Notes: generated by a model from the letters alone, not told the origin. Numbered from the stretch's first letter, positions 7,785 to 18,900 are shown. The stretch is DNA of 32,000 bases from an uncultured Alphaproteobacteria bacterium (GCA_934246625.1 CAKQHZ010000003.1:30001-62000), one strand, 5' to 3'. Numbers and translations are program-made.

Positions 7785-10700
7785 TTAGAAAGTAAATTCA
7801 ATATTATTGATTGTTTTGAAAAGCTCAAGGTTTTCAGTTGTTATATTGTATTTGTCATTAAGAGGTATTAAAACCCTTTTATTACCAATCGTTAAATTAA
7901 ATTCTATATGTGTATATCCTGGACCAATAGCTTCCAATGTTTTTTTAAGGGCAGGGACAGCATTTTCATCTTTTATCGTTATATGCAAAGTTCCATTAAG
8001 TTGTGTGTTAAGAGATAATTCCTCAACCGTGCTTCCAAACAAAGAAGTCCTTTCTGGGGAACATTTTACATCACAATAAATTGCAACAGGTTTGCCACTT
8101 TCCAAATATTCCTTTGTTCGTCCAGTATTCATACTTCTTTCAGAAAATAATATGTCAATACTTCCCTTTGTATCACTTACATTTGCAATATAAAATTTTT
8201 TGCCTGCCTTTGAAATACGACTTTTTAAGGTATCAACAATTCCTGCAAATGTTATTTTGGTATCAAGTTTGATTCCTGCAATTTCATCACTTTTTACAGC
8301 ATTAAGGCTTTTTAAAACATTTTCATAAATGTCAAGTGGGTGTGCGGACACATAAAAACCAATCGCTTCGTGTTCATACTTTAATCGTTCAAGAGGTTTC
8401 CAATCAATCGCCTCGGCAAGTTTAATGTCATCACGTTTCATTGTAAGTTCATCAAGGGCAAACAAACTTGATTGATTTGTTTCCTTATCTTTGCTTATTG
8501 AAGAAATCTGAGCCAAAATATATGATACATTTTCAAACATTTTTGCACGATTTGGTTCAAGACTGTCAAACGCACCTGCCTTTATAAGGTTTTCAAGCAT
8601 ACGGCGATTTAGATTCTTTGGGTCAACTCGCTCAATAAAATCAGTAATATTTTTAAATGGTCCGTTTTTCTCACGTTCCTTTACAATTTCCTTTACCACA
8701 CCGACACCAACACTTTTTACGGCGGACATTGCATATCTGATATTTCCATCTTCTTCCACAGAAAAATATTCAAATGATTTATTTATATCTGGACGAAGAA
8801 TTTTTATACCCATCTTTTTTATGTTATCTGCAAAAAAGGCAAGTTTATCAACATCTGCCATATCATAAGTCATAGTTGCAGCCATAAATTCAGCAGGATA
8901 GTGAGCCTTTAAATATGCAGTTTGATAACAAACCCAAGCATAACATGCCGCATGAGATTTATTGAAACCATAGTTTGCAAATTTTTCCATCAAATCAAAA
9001 ATTTTCATTGATGTTTCTTCATCAATATTGTGGTATTTAAGACAACCATCTTTGAAAATAACACGTTGTCTTTTCATTTCCTCTTTGATTTTTTTACCCA
9101 TCGCTCTTCGAAGCAAATCTGCGGAACCCAATGAATACCCAGCAAGAGATTTTGTCATTTCCATAACTTGCTCTTGATAAATCATAATACCATGAGTTTC
9201 CTTTAGTATTGGTTCCATCAATGGGTGAAGATATTCTACTGGTTCACCAAATTTTCGCCTAATATATACAGGTATATTATCCATAGGACCAGGGCGGTAT
9301 AGGGCAACAAGAGCGACCAAATCCTCAATTTTATCTGGTTTCATATTTAAAATCACGTCTTGCATACCTTTTGATTCAAGTTGGAATATACCAGCGGTAT
9401 TTGCGGAACCGATTAAATCATAGGTCGCCTTATCATCAATCGGAATATTTGAAATATCGATTTTGACATTGTGGTCCTTATACACCATTTCACAAGCCTT
9501 TTGAATAATGGTAAGGGTTTTAAGTCCCAAAAAGTCATATTTGATAAGGCCTGTGCTTTCCACATATTTCATATTAAATTGAGTTGCAGGAATATCTGAT
9601 TTATCATCTTTATAAACCGCAACTAATTGGTCAATAGGTCTGTCTCCTATAACAACACCCGCAGCGTGAGTTCCTGTGTTTCGGAAAAGTCCTTCCAACT
9701 TAACCGCGATATTGATAAGTCCCTTTAAAACTTCATCATTTTCCACAGCCTGAGCAAATTCTGGGATATATTTTAAACAATTTGGAATATTTGTATCAAA
9801 TTCCTTTTCTTCACCATCAACAACGGCTCGGATTTTCATTGGAATCATTTTACAAAGGTCATCACACTTTGTATATGGAATACGAAGCACACGACCAACA
9901 TCTTTGATAGTATTTTTTGCTTGAAGTTTACCAAATGTTATAATCTGACTAACACTATCAAAGCCATACTTTTCTTGAATATAATGGATAACTTCACCAC
10001 GACGGTCCTGACAAAAATCAATATCGAAATCAGGCATATTAACACGTTCAGGATTTAAAAATCGTTCAAAAAGAAGATTAAATTTCAATGGGTTTAAGTC
10101 AGTAATCTTCATTGCCCAAGCAACAATAGAACCAGCACCACTACCACGTCCAGGACCCACAGGAATATTATGTGCCTTTGCCCAACCAATAAAGTCTGCA
10201 ACAATAAGGAAATATCCAGGGAACCCCATTTGTATAATAATTCCAAGCTCATATTCCAATCTGTCATAATATGGCTTTTGCTCTTCTTCGGTTGTTATAT
10301 TTGCAATTTTAAGACGTTCTGCCAACCCCTTGTATGCTTTTTCTTTTAATAAAGTCGGTTCATCAGCACCTTTTTCCACGTGTGGAAGTAATGGTTTAGA
10401 ACCCTTTACCTTAAATCCACATCGTTTTGCAATATTGATAGTATTTTCAATTGCTTCTGGTAAATCAGAAAAAAGTTTCACCATTTCATCAGGTGATTTA
10501 AAATAATGTTCTTCGGTTTCATGACGACGATTTGTTTCATCAACAAATTTTCCATCTGTGATACAAAGCAAAATATCATGAGCCTGATACATATCCTTTG
10601 TTGCAAAATAACACTCATTTGTTGCGACAATCGGAATATTATGTTTGTATGCAATATCAAGGAAATCCGCCTCAGTCCTTATTTCATCTGCGATATTATG

Positions 10701-11231
10701 ACGCATTATTTCAATATAAAATCGCCCTTTAAATATATCAAGAAGTTCCAAACATTTCTTTTCGGCTAAATCCTTGTTTTCAATAAGTAATGCTTGCCCA
10801 ATTACACCCTTTACACCACCAGAAAGAGCAATCAAGCCTTCGCTTTTTTCTTTTAAATCTTCAAATGAAATATGAGGTAATTCATCTGGCTTTTTTTTAA
10901 GATAACAATAGGAAAGTAATTTGATTAAATTTTTATATCCTACTTCGTTTTGAACAAGCAAAATCAGTTGAGGATATTTAAGTCCCATAACAATATCAGA
11001 TGGAATATTAAAATCGACTGAAATTTGTGTTCCAAGAATAGGTTGTATGCCACCTTCTGGCACATATTTTGAAAATTCCGCACCACCAAAAATATTGTTT
11101 GTATCAGTAATTGCCACCGCAGGCATATTGTATTCCTGACACATTTTTACTATTTGTGGAACACGTAAAGCTCCTTCTGCTAAAGAATAAGCAGTATGAT
11201 TTCTTAAGTGAACAAAAGGAGCATAACTCAT
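7785..11231 (-). CDS. dnaE: DNA polymerase III alpha subunit
   Basis: 1148 aa. PHP N-terminus (FVHLRNHTAYSLAEGA), GPGRGSGAGSIVAW, PDFDIDF and HAAGVVI motifs, OB-fold C-terminus. Confidence 0.97.
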   Translation of the reverse strand: MSYAPFVHLRNHTAYSLAEGALRVPQIVKMCQEYNMPAVAITDTNNIFGGAEFSKYVPEGGIQPILGTQISVDFNIPSDIVMGLKYPQLILLVQNEVGYKNLIKLLSYCYLKKKPDELPHISFEDLKEKSEGLIALSGGVKGVIGQALLIENKDLAEKKCLELLDIFKGRFYIEIMRHNIADEIRTEADFLDIAYKHNIPIVATNECYFATKDMYQAHDILLCITDGKFVDETNRRHETEEHYFKSPDEMVKLFSDLPEAIENTINIAKRCGFKVKGSKPLLPHVEKGADEPTLLKEKAYKGLAERLKIANITTEEEQKPYYDRLEYELGIIIQMGFPGYFLIVADFIGWAKAHNIPVGPGRGSGAGSIVAWAMKITDLNPLKFNLLFERFLNPERVNMPDFDIDFCQDRRGEVIHYIQEKYGFDSVSQIITFGKLQAKNTIKDVGRVLRIPYTKCDDLCKMIPMKIRAVVDGEEKEFDTNIPNCLKYIPEFAQAVENDEVLKGLINIAVKLEGLFRNTGTHAAGVVIGDRPIDQLVAVYKDDKSDIPATQFNMKYVESTGLIKYDFLGLKTLTIIQKACEMVYKDHNVKIDISNIPIDDKATYDLIGSANTAGIFQLESKGMQDVILNMKPDKIEDLVALVALYRPGPMDNIPVYIRRKFGEPVEYLHPLMEPILKETHGIMIYQEQVMEMTKSLAGYSLGSADLLRRAMGKKIKEEMKRQRVIFKDGCLKYHNIDEETSMKIFDLMEKFANYGFNKSHAACYAWVCYQTAYLKAHYPAEFMAATMTYDMADVDKLAFFADNIKKMGIKILRPDINKSFEYFSVEEDGNIRYAMSAVKSVGVGVVKEIVKEREKNGPFKNITDFIERVDPKNLNRRMLENLIKAGAFDSLEPNRAKMFENVSYILAQISSISKDKETNQSSLFALDELTMKRDDIKLAEAIDWKPLERLKYEHEAIGFYVSAHPLDIYENVLKSLNAVKSDEIAGIKLDTKITFAGIVDTLKSRISKAGKKFYIANVSDTKGSIDILFSERSMNTGRTKEYLESGKPVAIYCDVKCSPERTSLFGSTVEELSLNTQLNGTLHITIKDENAVPALKKTLEAIGPGYTHIEFNLTIGNKRVLIPLNDKYNITTENLELFKTINNIEFTF

Positions 11232-11245
11232 TTAATTCCCTTTAT

Positions 11246-13909
11246 TTAGTCAAGTTTTCCATGACAATATTTGTATTTTTTACCACTTCCACAAGGGCAC
11301 ATCGCATTTCTACTTATATTAAGATTTGCATATTTATTTTCACTTTCACCATTAAAGTTGTTAAGTGCTTCTTGTGAAGTTGTCATATCGTCATTATCTT
11401 TGTCTTCGGTAAGTTCTTCAACTCCCTCTTGAGTAAAGTCAGTTTTTGAAATTATTTGAATAGTTTTATATTTCATTTTTAACATATTCTTTTCAAAAGT
11501 AATAAAAGCTTCACGTTTATATTCGTTAAGAGGGTCCTTTTGACCATAAGCACGAAGGCCAATACCTTGTTTTAAATAATCAAGAGAAAGAAGATGGTCC
11601 TTCCAAACTTGGTCCAAAGTTTGAAGCATAACTGATTTTTCAACAAATCTCATAAAATCAACAGAATATTTATCTTCCTGAGATTTTATTTGATTATCGG
11701 AAAGTTCCTTTACACGTTCAAATACAGTTTGAGGAGAAATTCCTTCATTTTCTTCTAACCACTTTTTTACATCAACTTTGATGCCTAAAGTTTCCATACA
11801 ATCTATTTCAAGGCCGTTGATATTCCAATCATCAGAAGAATTTGCATGAACAGGAATAGCTCTATCAACAATATCTTCAATCACATCTAAACGCATATCG
11901 TCAATATATGAATGAACATTATCCATTGACATAAGTTGATATCTTTGAGAATAAATAATTTTTCTTTGTTCATTCATAACATCATCATATTTAAGAAGAT
12001 TTTTTCTGATAGAAAAGTTATGAGCTTCCACTTTTGTTTGTGCTTTTTCAAGTGCGCGAGAAACCCAAGAGTGAGTAATTGCTTCACCTTTTTTAAGTCC
12101 AAGTCTTGAAAGCATAGATTTCATTCTTTCACCACCGAAAATACGCATCAAATTATCGTCCATAGAAAGGAAGAATTTTGATGCACCAGGGTCTCCTTGA
12201 CGACCAGTTCTTCCACGAAGTTGGTTATCAATACGGCGAGATTCGTGTCTTTCTGTTCCAATAACATAAAGTCCGCCAGCTTCAAGAGCGATTTTTTTCT
12301 TTTCTACAATATCTTTTTTGATTTCTTCAACTTTTTTCTTTATAAGCTCGGCATCTTCCATTCCTGCGGTTTCTTGTTTAACACGCATTTCCAAGTTTCC
12401 ACCAAGTTGAATATCCGTTCCACGACCAGCCATATTTGTTGCAATGGTAATTGCTCCTGGAACACCAGCTTGAGCAATAATATATGCTTCTAATTCGTGA
12501 TATTTTGCATTTAAAACTTGAGCTTTTATCCCAGAAGCAAGAAGTCGTCTGTTAAGAAGTTCAGATTTTTCGATTGATACAGTTCCAACCAACACAGGTT
12601 GTTTTTTTTCATGAAGTTGTTTTATAAGTTTTATAACTGCATCATATTTTTCCTCTTCGGTCAAATAAATTTCATCTTCGTAATCAATTCTTGCAATAGG
12701 GAGGTTTGTAGGAACCTCAATACACTTCAATTTATAAATTTCTTCAAATTCTTGTGCTTCAGTAAGTGCAGTTCCAGTCATACCAGAAAGTTTTGGATAA
12801 AGACGGAAATAATTTTGATATGTGATACTTGCCAAAGTTTGAGATTCACTTTGAACAGGAACATGTTCTTTTGCTTCTAAGGCTTGATGAAGACCATCAG
12901 AATAACGTCTTCCTTCCATAATACGACCAGTAAATTCATCAATAATATAAACTTGGTTATCTTTAACTAAATAGTCAACATCTCGTTTATAAAGTTTATG
13001 TGCAGTCAAAGCCTTATCTAAATGATGCACAACAGTAGCATTTGAAATATCATAAAGGTTTTTGATTTTTGTAATTTTCTTTTCATACAAAGCATTTTCA
13101 ACAAATTCCATACCGCTTTCAGTCAAAGTCGCATTTTTATCCTTTTCATCAACTTTGTAATGTTCTGGCAAAAGCAAAGGAATAACAGAATTTACTTGGT
13201 TATAAAGTTCTGATGAATCATCACTTGGTCCAGATATAATAAGAGGAGTTCTTGCTTCATCAATTAAAATAGAGTCCACTTCATCGACAATTGCATAATT
13301 AAAAGGTCTTTGAACCAAAGTTTCAAGTCTGAATTTCATATTATCACGAAGGTAATCAAATCCAAATTCGTGATTTGTTCCATAGGTTATATCACACTTA
13401 TATGCTTCACGTCGTTCATCATCGTCCATTTCAGTCAATATACAGCCACAACTAAGTCCAAGGAAGTTATAAAGTCTTCCCATCGAGTCAGAATCTCGTT
13501 TAGCAAGGTAATCATTAACAGTAATAACGTGAACACCTTTACCAGTCAACGCATTAAGATATACAGGAAGAGTTGCCACCAATGTTTTACCTTCACCAGT
13601 TTTCATTTCTGTAATTTTACCATCATGAAGAATCATACCACCAATAAGTTGAACATCATAATGACGTTGACCCAAAGTTCGAATTGCACCTTCTCTTGCA
13701 ACGGCAAAAGCCTCAACCAAAATATCGTCTAATGTTTCACCATTTGAAAGTCTTTCCTTAAATTCAAAGGTCTTTGCTTTAAGCTCTTCATCAGATAATT
13801 TTTGCATCATTGGTTCCAAAGCATTTATCTTTGAAACTTTTGCACGATATTTTTTTAATGCACGGTTATTTGCGGTTCCGAATACTTTTTTTATTACATA
13901 ATTAAACAT
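11246..13909 (-). CDS. secA: preprotein translocase ATPase SecA
   Basis: 887 aa. MKTGEGKTLVA Walker A, DEVDSILIDEARTPLIISG, TNMAGRGTDI, and a C-terminal zinc motif CPCGSGKKYKYCHGK. Its stop is 14 nt from the dnaE start, so the two are probably co-transcribed. Confidence 0.97.
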   Translation of the reverse strand: MFNYVIKKVFGTANNRALKKYRAKVSKINALEPMMQKLSDEELKAKTFEFKERLSNGETLDDILVEAFAVAREGAIRTLGQRHYDVQLIGGMILHDGKITEMKTGEGKTLVATLPVYLNALTGKGVHVITVNDYLAKRDSDSMGRLYNFLGLSCGCILTEMDDDERREAYKCDITYGTNHEFGFDYLRDNMKFRLETLVQRPFNYAIVDEVDSILIDEARTPLIISGPSDDSSELYNQVNSVIPLLLPEHYKVDEKDKNATLTESGMEFVENALYEKKITKIKNLYDISNATVVHHLDKALTAHKLYKRDVDYLVKDNQVYIIDEFTGRIMEGRRYSDGLHQALEAKEHVPVQSESQTLASITYQNYFRLYPKLSGMTGTALTEAQEFEEIYKLKCIEVPTNLPIARIDYEDEIYLTEEEKYDAVIKLIKQLHEKKQPVLVGTVSIEKSELLNRRLLASGIKAQVLNAKYHELEAYIIAQAGVPGAITIATNMAGRGTDIQLGGNLEMRVKQETAGMEDAELIKKKVEEIKKDIVEKKKIALEAGGLYVIGTERHESRRIDNQLRGRTGRQGDPGASKFFLSMDDNLMRIFGGERMKSMLSRLGLKKGEAITHSWVSRALEKAQTKVEAHNFSIRKNLLKYDDVMNEQRKIIYSQRYQLMSMDNVHSYIDDMRLDVIEDIVDRAIPVHANSSDDWNINGLEIDCMETLGIKVDVKKWLEENEGISPQTVFERVKELSDNQIKSQEDKYSVDFMRFVEKSVMLQTLDQVWKDHLLSLDYLKQGIGLRAYGQKDPLNEYKREAFITFEKNMLKMKYKTIQIISKTDFTQEGVEELTEDKDNDDMTTSQEALNNFNGESENKYANLNISRNAMCPCGSGKKYKYCHGKLD

Positions 13910-14042
13910 CAGTAAGCCTTTCCTCTAAAAAATTACTCTAAAATACTTTATTACTATTTAACTTTGTTAAGGTCAAGAATAAAAATCTTTTAAAATAAAA
14001 TAAGTTAATATATAATACCCCTATAAATATAGGGAGTAAATT

Positions 14043-14528
14043 TTGGAAAATAAAGATATAATTCATAAAAATATTACAAAATATATGAATTTAGCTTACA
14101 AAGAAGCACAAAAGGCTTTATTAAAAGAAGAAGTTCCTATTGGTTGTATAATAATTGACAAAACGGGGCAAATTTTAGCAAAATCTCATAACCTTGTTGA
14201 AACAAAATCAAATCCATTTTGTCATGCTGAACTTTTGGCAATACAAAAGGCTTGTAAAAAACAACACGAAAAATATTTAATGGATTGCAGTATTTTTATA
14301 ACTCTTGAACCATGTCCTATGTGTGCAACGGCAATATCATTTGCAAAAATAAAAAATATTTATATTGGTGCAGAGGATAAAAAGGGCGGGGCAATCCTTA
14401 ATGGTATAAAAATATTTGAAAATGCAAAAAATCTTTATAAACCAAATGTCAAAAGTGGAATTTTAAGTGATAAATGTTCACAAATACTAAAGGATTTTTT
14501 TAAAAATCTAAGAAATATAAAAAAATAA
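14043..14528 (+). CDS. tadA: tRNA-specific adenosine deaminase (CMP/dCMP deaminase zinc-binding family)
   Basis: CHAELLAI and LEPCPMCATAI zinc motifs, 161 aa. TTG start with AGGGAG 6 nt upstream. An internal ATG at 14085 is an alternative start. Confidence 0.8.
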   Translation: MENKDIIHKNITKYMNLAYKEAQKALLKEEVPIGCIIIDKTGQILAKSHNLVETKSNPFCHAELLAIQKACKKQHEKYLMDCSIFITLEPCPMCATAISFAKIKNIYIGAEDKKGGAILNGIKIFENAKNLYKPNVKSGILSDKCSQILKDFFKNLRNIKK

Positions 14529-14557
14529 TTGAAAAGGTGTTTTTTTTGTAGTAATAT
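14529..14557 (+). promoter_or_regulatory. sigma70-like promoter for the lipoprotein gene
   Basis: TTGAAA (14529-14534), 17-nt spacer, TAATAT (14552-14557), directly after the tadA stop. Confidence 0.45.
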
Positions 14558-14591
14558 AGTAAAGTATAAACGCTTTCCAAGGAGGAAAATT

Positions 14592-15179
14592 ATGAAAGTA
14601 GCAAACAAAGTAAAATATATATTAACTGGCTGTTTAATGTTGTTATCTGCATGTGCATATAATCCAACAATGTCAAACTCATCATCTTCAAGTGAAGATT
14701 TGCCTTATGTGTTCTCACATTTTACAGATATTCCTATACCTGAAGAATCTGTTATGAGTATGGAAAAAACAGATATTTATGGTAAAGATAACGAATGGGT
14801 TGGAAAGGTAGTATTCTCATCACCTTATGATGTAACTGGTATTTTCGACTTTTATATGACTGAACTTCCAAAATTTGGTTGGACAGAAGTAACATCAACA
14901 CGTGGAACATCACCTGTTCTTGTTTATGGTCGTTATCCAAGAATTATACTTATTCAACTACAACCTGAAAGATTTTCTGGTTCAACAGTAACAATGACAA
15001 TGTCTCCTGCTCCAAAAAGAAAGGATAGAAAGGAAAAGAAACAAGAAGCTCAAGCTCAATCACAACAAACATCTTCAACAACTGATGTATCACAAGCTGG
15101 TTCATTAGGTTTGGGTGATGCTTCTAATGTGTTTTACCAATCAAATTCAAATGGTGTAGGTGTTCCTCCACGTGTTTAG
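14592..15179 (+). CDS. hypothetical lipoprotein with Q/S-rich C-terminal tail
   Basis: ATG at 14592 preceded by AAGGAGG. MKVANKVKYILTGCLMLLSAC carries a lipobox-like LLSAC. The ORF-track start at 14529 is a TTG extension that overlaps the promoter-like site. No family recognised. Confidence 0.7.
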   Translation: MKVANKVKYILTGCLMLLSACAYNPTMSNSSSSSEDLPYVFSHFTDIPIPEESVMSMEKTDIYGKDNEWVGKVVFSSPYDVTGIFDFYMTELPKFGWTEVTSTRGTSPVLVYGRYPRIILIQLQPERFSGSTVTMTMSPAPKRKDRKEKKQEAQAQSQQTSSTTDVSQAGSLGLGDASNVFYQSNSNGVGVPPRV

Positions 15180-15203
15180 TAATTGAACTAAATAAAAAAG
15201 AAA

Positions 15204-15230
15204 ATACTCTCATTTGAGGGTATTTTTTTT
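15204..15230 (+). terminator. rho-independent terminator
   Basis: Stem ATACTCTC / GAGGGTAT (one G-U pair), loop ATTT, then a T7 run. Confidence 0.65.
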
Positions 15231-15296
15231 ATTGATAATTTGCTTTAATTCTTATATACTTATATGAGATAAATTTAACAAAGAAAGGAAACAAAT

Positions 15297-15959
15297 ATGA
15301 TTATGAAAAAATTTTCTCTTATAGCAATTTGTGCTTCACTTCTTGCAACATCATGCACAAGTATTGATCCATACACTGGTGAAAAAAAGACAAGTAAAAC
15401 AACTGTTGGTGCTGGTGTTGGTGCATTAACTGGTGCTGTTATCGGTGCAACAACAAGTAATTCAAAACATCGTGGTAAACATACATTAACTGGTGCTTTG
15501 ATTGGTGCAACTGTTGGCGGTGGAATTGGTGTTTATATGGACAACCAAGATAAACTTCTTCGCCAAGAACTTCAAGGAACAGGTGTAAGTGTTTCAAAAG
15601 TTGGTAATAACATAACATTAAATATGCCAGGAAACATTACTTTCAAAACTGCATCTTATGACTTATCACCAAACTTTTTTGATGTCTTAAATTCTGTTGC
15701 AAAAGTTTTGAAAAAATATGATAAAACAAAAATCGAAGTTGTTGGCCATACCGACAGCACAGGCAAACGTGCAACAAATATGACATTGTCATATAATCGC
15801 GCAAATTCAGTTGCAAAATATCTTAAGAACCAAGGTGTGAAGGCTTCACGTTTCACAATCGAAGGATATGGTCCTGACTATCCAGTTGCATCAAATGGAA
15901 CAAAGGCTGGTCGTGAACAAAATCGTCGTGTAGAAATAAAACTTACACCAGTTAAATAG
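15297..15959 (+). CDS. OmpA-family lipoprotein with glycine-zipper region (YiaD-like)
   Basis: Lipobox-like LLATSC, Gly-zipper GAGVGALTGAVIGA...GALIGATVGGGIGV, and an OmpA C-like domain (VVGHTDSTG...NMTLSYNRANSVAKYL...GYG...NRRVEI). Confidence 0.85.
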   Translation: MIMKKFSLIAICASLLATSCTSIDPYTGEKKTSKTTVGAGVGALTGAVIGATTSNSKHRGKHTLTGALIGATVGGGIGVYMDNQDKLLRQELQGTGVSVSKVGNNITLNMPGNITFKTASYDLSPNFFDVLNSVAKVLKKYDKTKIEVVGHTDSTGKRATNMTLSYNRANSVAKYLKNQGVKASRFTIEGYGPDYPVASNGTKAGREQNRRVEIKLTPVK

Positions 15960-15982
15960 TTCTTTATTTAACTAATTAAAAG

Positions 15983-16007
15983 GAGGATTTTTTAATCCTC
16001 TTTTTTT
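15983..16007 (+). terminator. rho-independent terminator
   Basis: Stem GAGGATT (15983-15989) / AATCCTC (15994-16000), loop TTTT, then a T7 run. Confidence 0.75.
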
Positions 16008-16052
16008 ATTTTTCGATATTGAAAAATATAAGTTTATTTTCAAAATAGATAC

Positions 16053-16081
16053 TTGCAAAATAAAAAGCAAGGTATTATAAT
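16053..16081 (+). promoter_or_regulatory. sigma70-like promoter for eno
   Basis: TTGCAA (16053-16058), 17-nt spacer, consensus TATAAT (16076-16081). Confidence 0.55.
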
Positions 16082-16096
16082 CTCAACTATATCTAA

Positions 16097-17401
<1,305 letters not shown>

Positions 17402-17413
17402 TGCTAAAAAGTT

Positions 17414-17443
17414 GTAAGCCTAGGTTTTCATACTCAGGCTTAC
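17414..17443 (+). terminator. hairpin after eno (weak terminator or attenuator)
   Basis: Stem GTAAGCCT (17414-17421) / AGGCTTAC (17436-17443), followed only by the short run TTCTT. ssb starts 20 nt later, so read-through is plausible. Confidence 0.4.
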
Positions 17444-17462
17444 TTCTTAAAAGGAGAAAATT

Positions 17463-17909
17463 ATGGCAGGTTCAATAAATAAAGTTATATTAGTAGGAAA
17501 TCTTGGAAAAGATCCAGAAGTTAAACACTCACAAGATGGCAACAAAATTGTAACATTTAATGTTGCAACAAGTGAAACTTGGAAGGATAAATCAGGTGAA
17601 AAAAAGGACAGAACAGAATGGCACAGAGTTGTTATCTTCTCTCCTGGTCTTGCTGATGTAGCTGAAAAATATTTAAAAAAAGGATCAAAAGTTTATGTGG
17701 AAGGACAACTCCGCACACGTAAATGGCAAGATGCTTCAGGTGCTGATAAATATTCAACAGAAGTTGTTTTATCTGGCTTTAACGCATATATGATTATGTT
17801 AGATAAAACTTCAGGTGGCGACTTTGATTCTTCTGAATCTGTTGGAAGCGATGCTGGTTGGGATAATTCCGACGCATCAGTTGATATTGATGATGAAATC
17901 CCATTCTAA
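17463..17909 (+). CDS. ssb: single-stranded DNA-binding protein
   Basis: [16 protein letters not shown]-fold N-terminus, TEWHRVV, and an acidic tail ending DDEIPF. Confidence 0.95.
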   Translation: MAGSINKVILVGNLGKDPEVKHSQDGNKIVTFNVATSETWKDKSGEKKDRTEWHRVVIFSPGLADVAEKYLKKGSKVYVEGQLRTRKWQDASGADKYSTEVVLSGFNAYMIMLDKTSGGDFDSSESVGSDAGWDNSDASVDIDDEIPF

Positions 17910-17929
17910 AAGTATCTATATAACAAAGT

Positions 17930-17955
17930 AAAACTCCTCTTTATGGGGAGTTTTT
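17930..17955 (+). terminator. rho-independent terminator of ssb
   Basis: Stem AAACTCCTC (17931-17939) / GGGGAGTTT (17945-17953) with one G-U pair, running into a T-run. Confidence 0.65.
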
Positions 17956-17961
17956 CATATT

Positions 17962-17996
17962 AAAAAAGCAGGGTGTTTATCCCTGCCTTTTATTTT
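17962..17996. terminator. bidirectional terminator hairpin
   Basis: Stem GCAGGG (17968-17973) / CCCTGC (17981-17986), with A6 upstream and a T-rich run downstream. On the minus strand it begins 4 nt after the stop of the 17990-18175 ORF. Confidence 0.6.
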
Positions 17997-18175
17997 GCGT
18001 ATGCATTGATTCTTCGTAAATATTCGGTTTCAAGAATTTTATTAACCGTATTAAATTTATTTTGTGTTTTATTTTGTTTTATTTCCAAAACAATTTTGTT
18101 AATTGACATAAAGGCAACAGCCTTTTTAATTGAATCTAAATTCTTATACAATTTTCCATCAAATAATATTTTCAT
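17990..18175 (-). CDS. small hypothetical protein (61 aa)
   Basis: ORF track. GAAAAGG RBS-like sequence upstream of the ATG, a dedicated terminator just downstream, and a TTGACA-containing promoter-like sequence about 70 nt upstream on the minus strand. No family recognised. Confidence 0.35.
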   Translation of the reverse strand: MKILFDGKLYKNLDSIKKAVAFMSINKIVLEIKQNKTQNKFNTVNKILETEYLRRINAYAK

Positions 18176-18310
18176 TTTTTTTACCTTTTCTTTGTGTGTG
18201 TTTTTTTATAAGGTTATTAAAATATATCAAAATAAAACATTTGTCAATGCTTTTGACCTTGTAAATAGTCCTAAGAAATGATATACTTATTTAGATAATA
18301 GGAGACCAAA

Positions 18311-18862
18311 ATGATTTGTGATAATTCTGAATACATAGAAGTTGACGGTGTATGCTACAGAAAAAATGTTGGTATTATAGTTTATAATTGTGAAGGCAAA
18401 GTCCTTATTTGTGAACGAAACCAAGAAAAAATTGATTACAAATGGCAATTTCCACAGGGTGGAGTTGACACAGGTGAAAAAACTGATGAAACTGCACTTC
18501 GTGAATTATTTGAAGAAACAGGTATAAAAAACGCAAAAATCGTTTTCAAAGATAATGTTTGGCGAGCATACAAATTTCCAGCAGTTTTAAAGTTTTCAAG
18601 GAAATATCACGACTACTATAAAAATGTAAAGGGTCAAATTCAAAAATGGTTTTTGGTTGAATTTTGTGGTGATGACAGCGAAATAAAAATTCCATCTGAA
18701 GAATTTACGGATTACAAATGGGTAAAACTTTCACATGCAATCACACGAAAAGTTGTTCCATTTAAAAAGGAAGTTTATAAAAATGTCATAAAAAAGATGA
18801 TTCCTATTTTAAATGATATTATGAAATCCAAATCAATTTGCAAAAAATGTAAAAAGAAATAA
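18311..18862 (+). CDS. rppH: RNA pyrophosphohydrolase (NUDIX hydrolase, RppH-like)
   Basis: YRKNVGIIVYN...WQFPQGGVDTGEKTDETALRELFEETGI matches the Nudix box GX5EX7REUXEEXGU and the RppH-type N-terminus. Basic C-terminal tail KSICKKCKKK. Confidence 0.8.
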   Translation: MICDNSEYIEVDGVCYRKNVGIIVYNCEGKVLICERNQEKIDYKWQFPQGGVDTGEKTDETALRELFEETGIKNAKIVFKDNVWRAYKFPAVLKFSRKYHDYYKNVKGQIQKWFLVEFCGDDSEIKIPSEEFTDYKWVKLSHAITRKVVPFKKEVYKNVIKKMIPILNDIMKSKSICKKCKKK

Positions 18863-18871
18863 TTTTACCTC

Positions 18872-18900
18872 TTGCAAAAAGAAGCGAATCGTGATAATAT
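18872..18900 (+). promoter_or_regulatory. promoter-like element with extended -10
   Basis: TTGCAA (18872-18877), 17-nt spacer, then TGaTAATAT (TG at 18892-18893, -10 at 18895-18900). Confidence 0.45.

Noticed and set aside
14021-14037. Small palindrome CCCTAT-AAAT-ATAGGG overlapping the tadA RBS, and the similar CCCCTATAAAGGGG at 543-558, considered as a shared regulatory motif
   Set aside because: There are only two loosely similar occurrences. One is clearly a terminator stem, and the other is a short AT-rich 6-bp stem that could arise by chance. The evidence is insufficient for a motif.
13910-14042. Strand switch (13 minus-strand genes to the left, 12 plus-strand genes to the right) as a possible replication origin
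   Set aside because: The divergent spacer is only 133 bp. I found no DnaA-box-like TTATCCACA motifs or AT-rich 13-mer array, and gene orientation becomes mixed again after 21.9 kb. It is more simply a divergent promoter region. A GC-skew calculation over the whole replicon would settle it.
17973-18281. 102-aa plus-strand ORF in the ssb-rppH gap
   Set aside because: It begins inside the terminator hairpin, has no RBS, and gives a phenylalanine/leucine-rich translation typical of AT-rich non-coding DNA. The opposite-strand 61-aa ORF has better signals, though it too remains uncertain.
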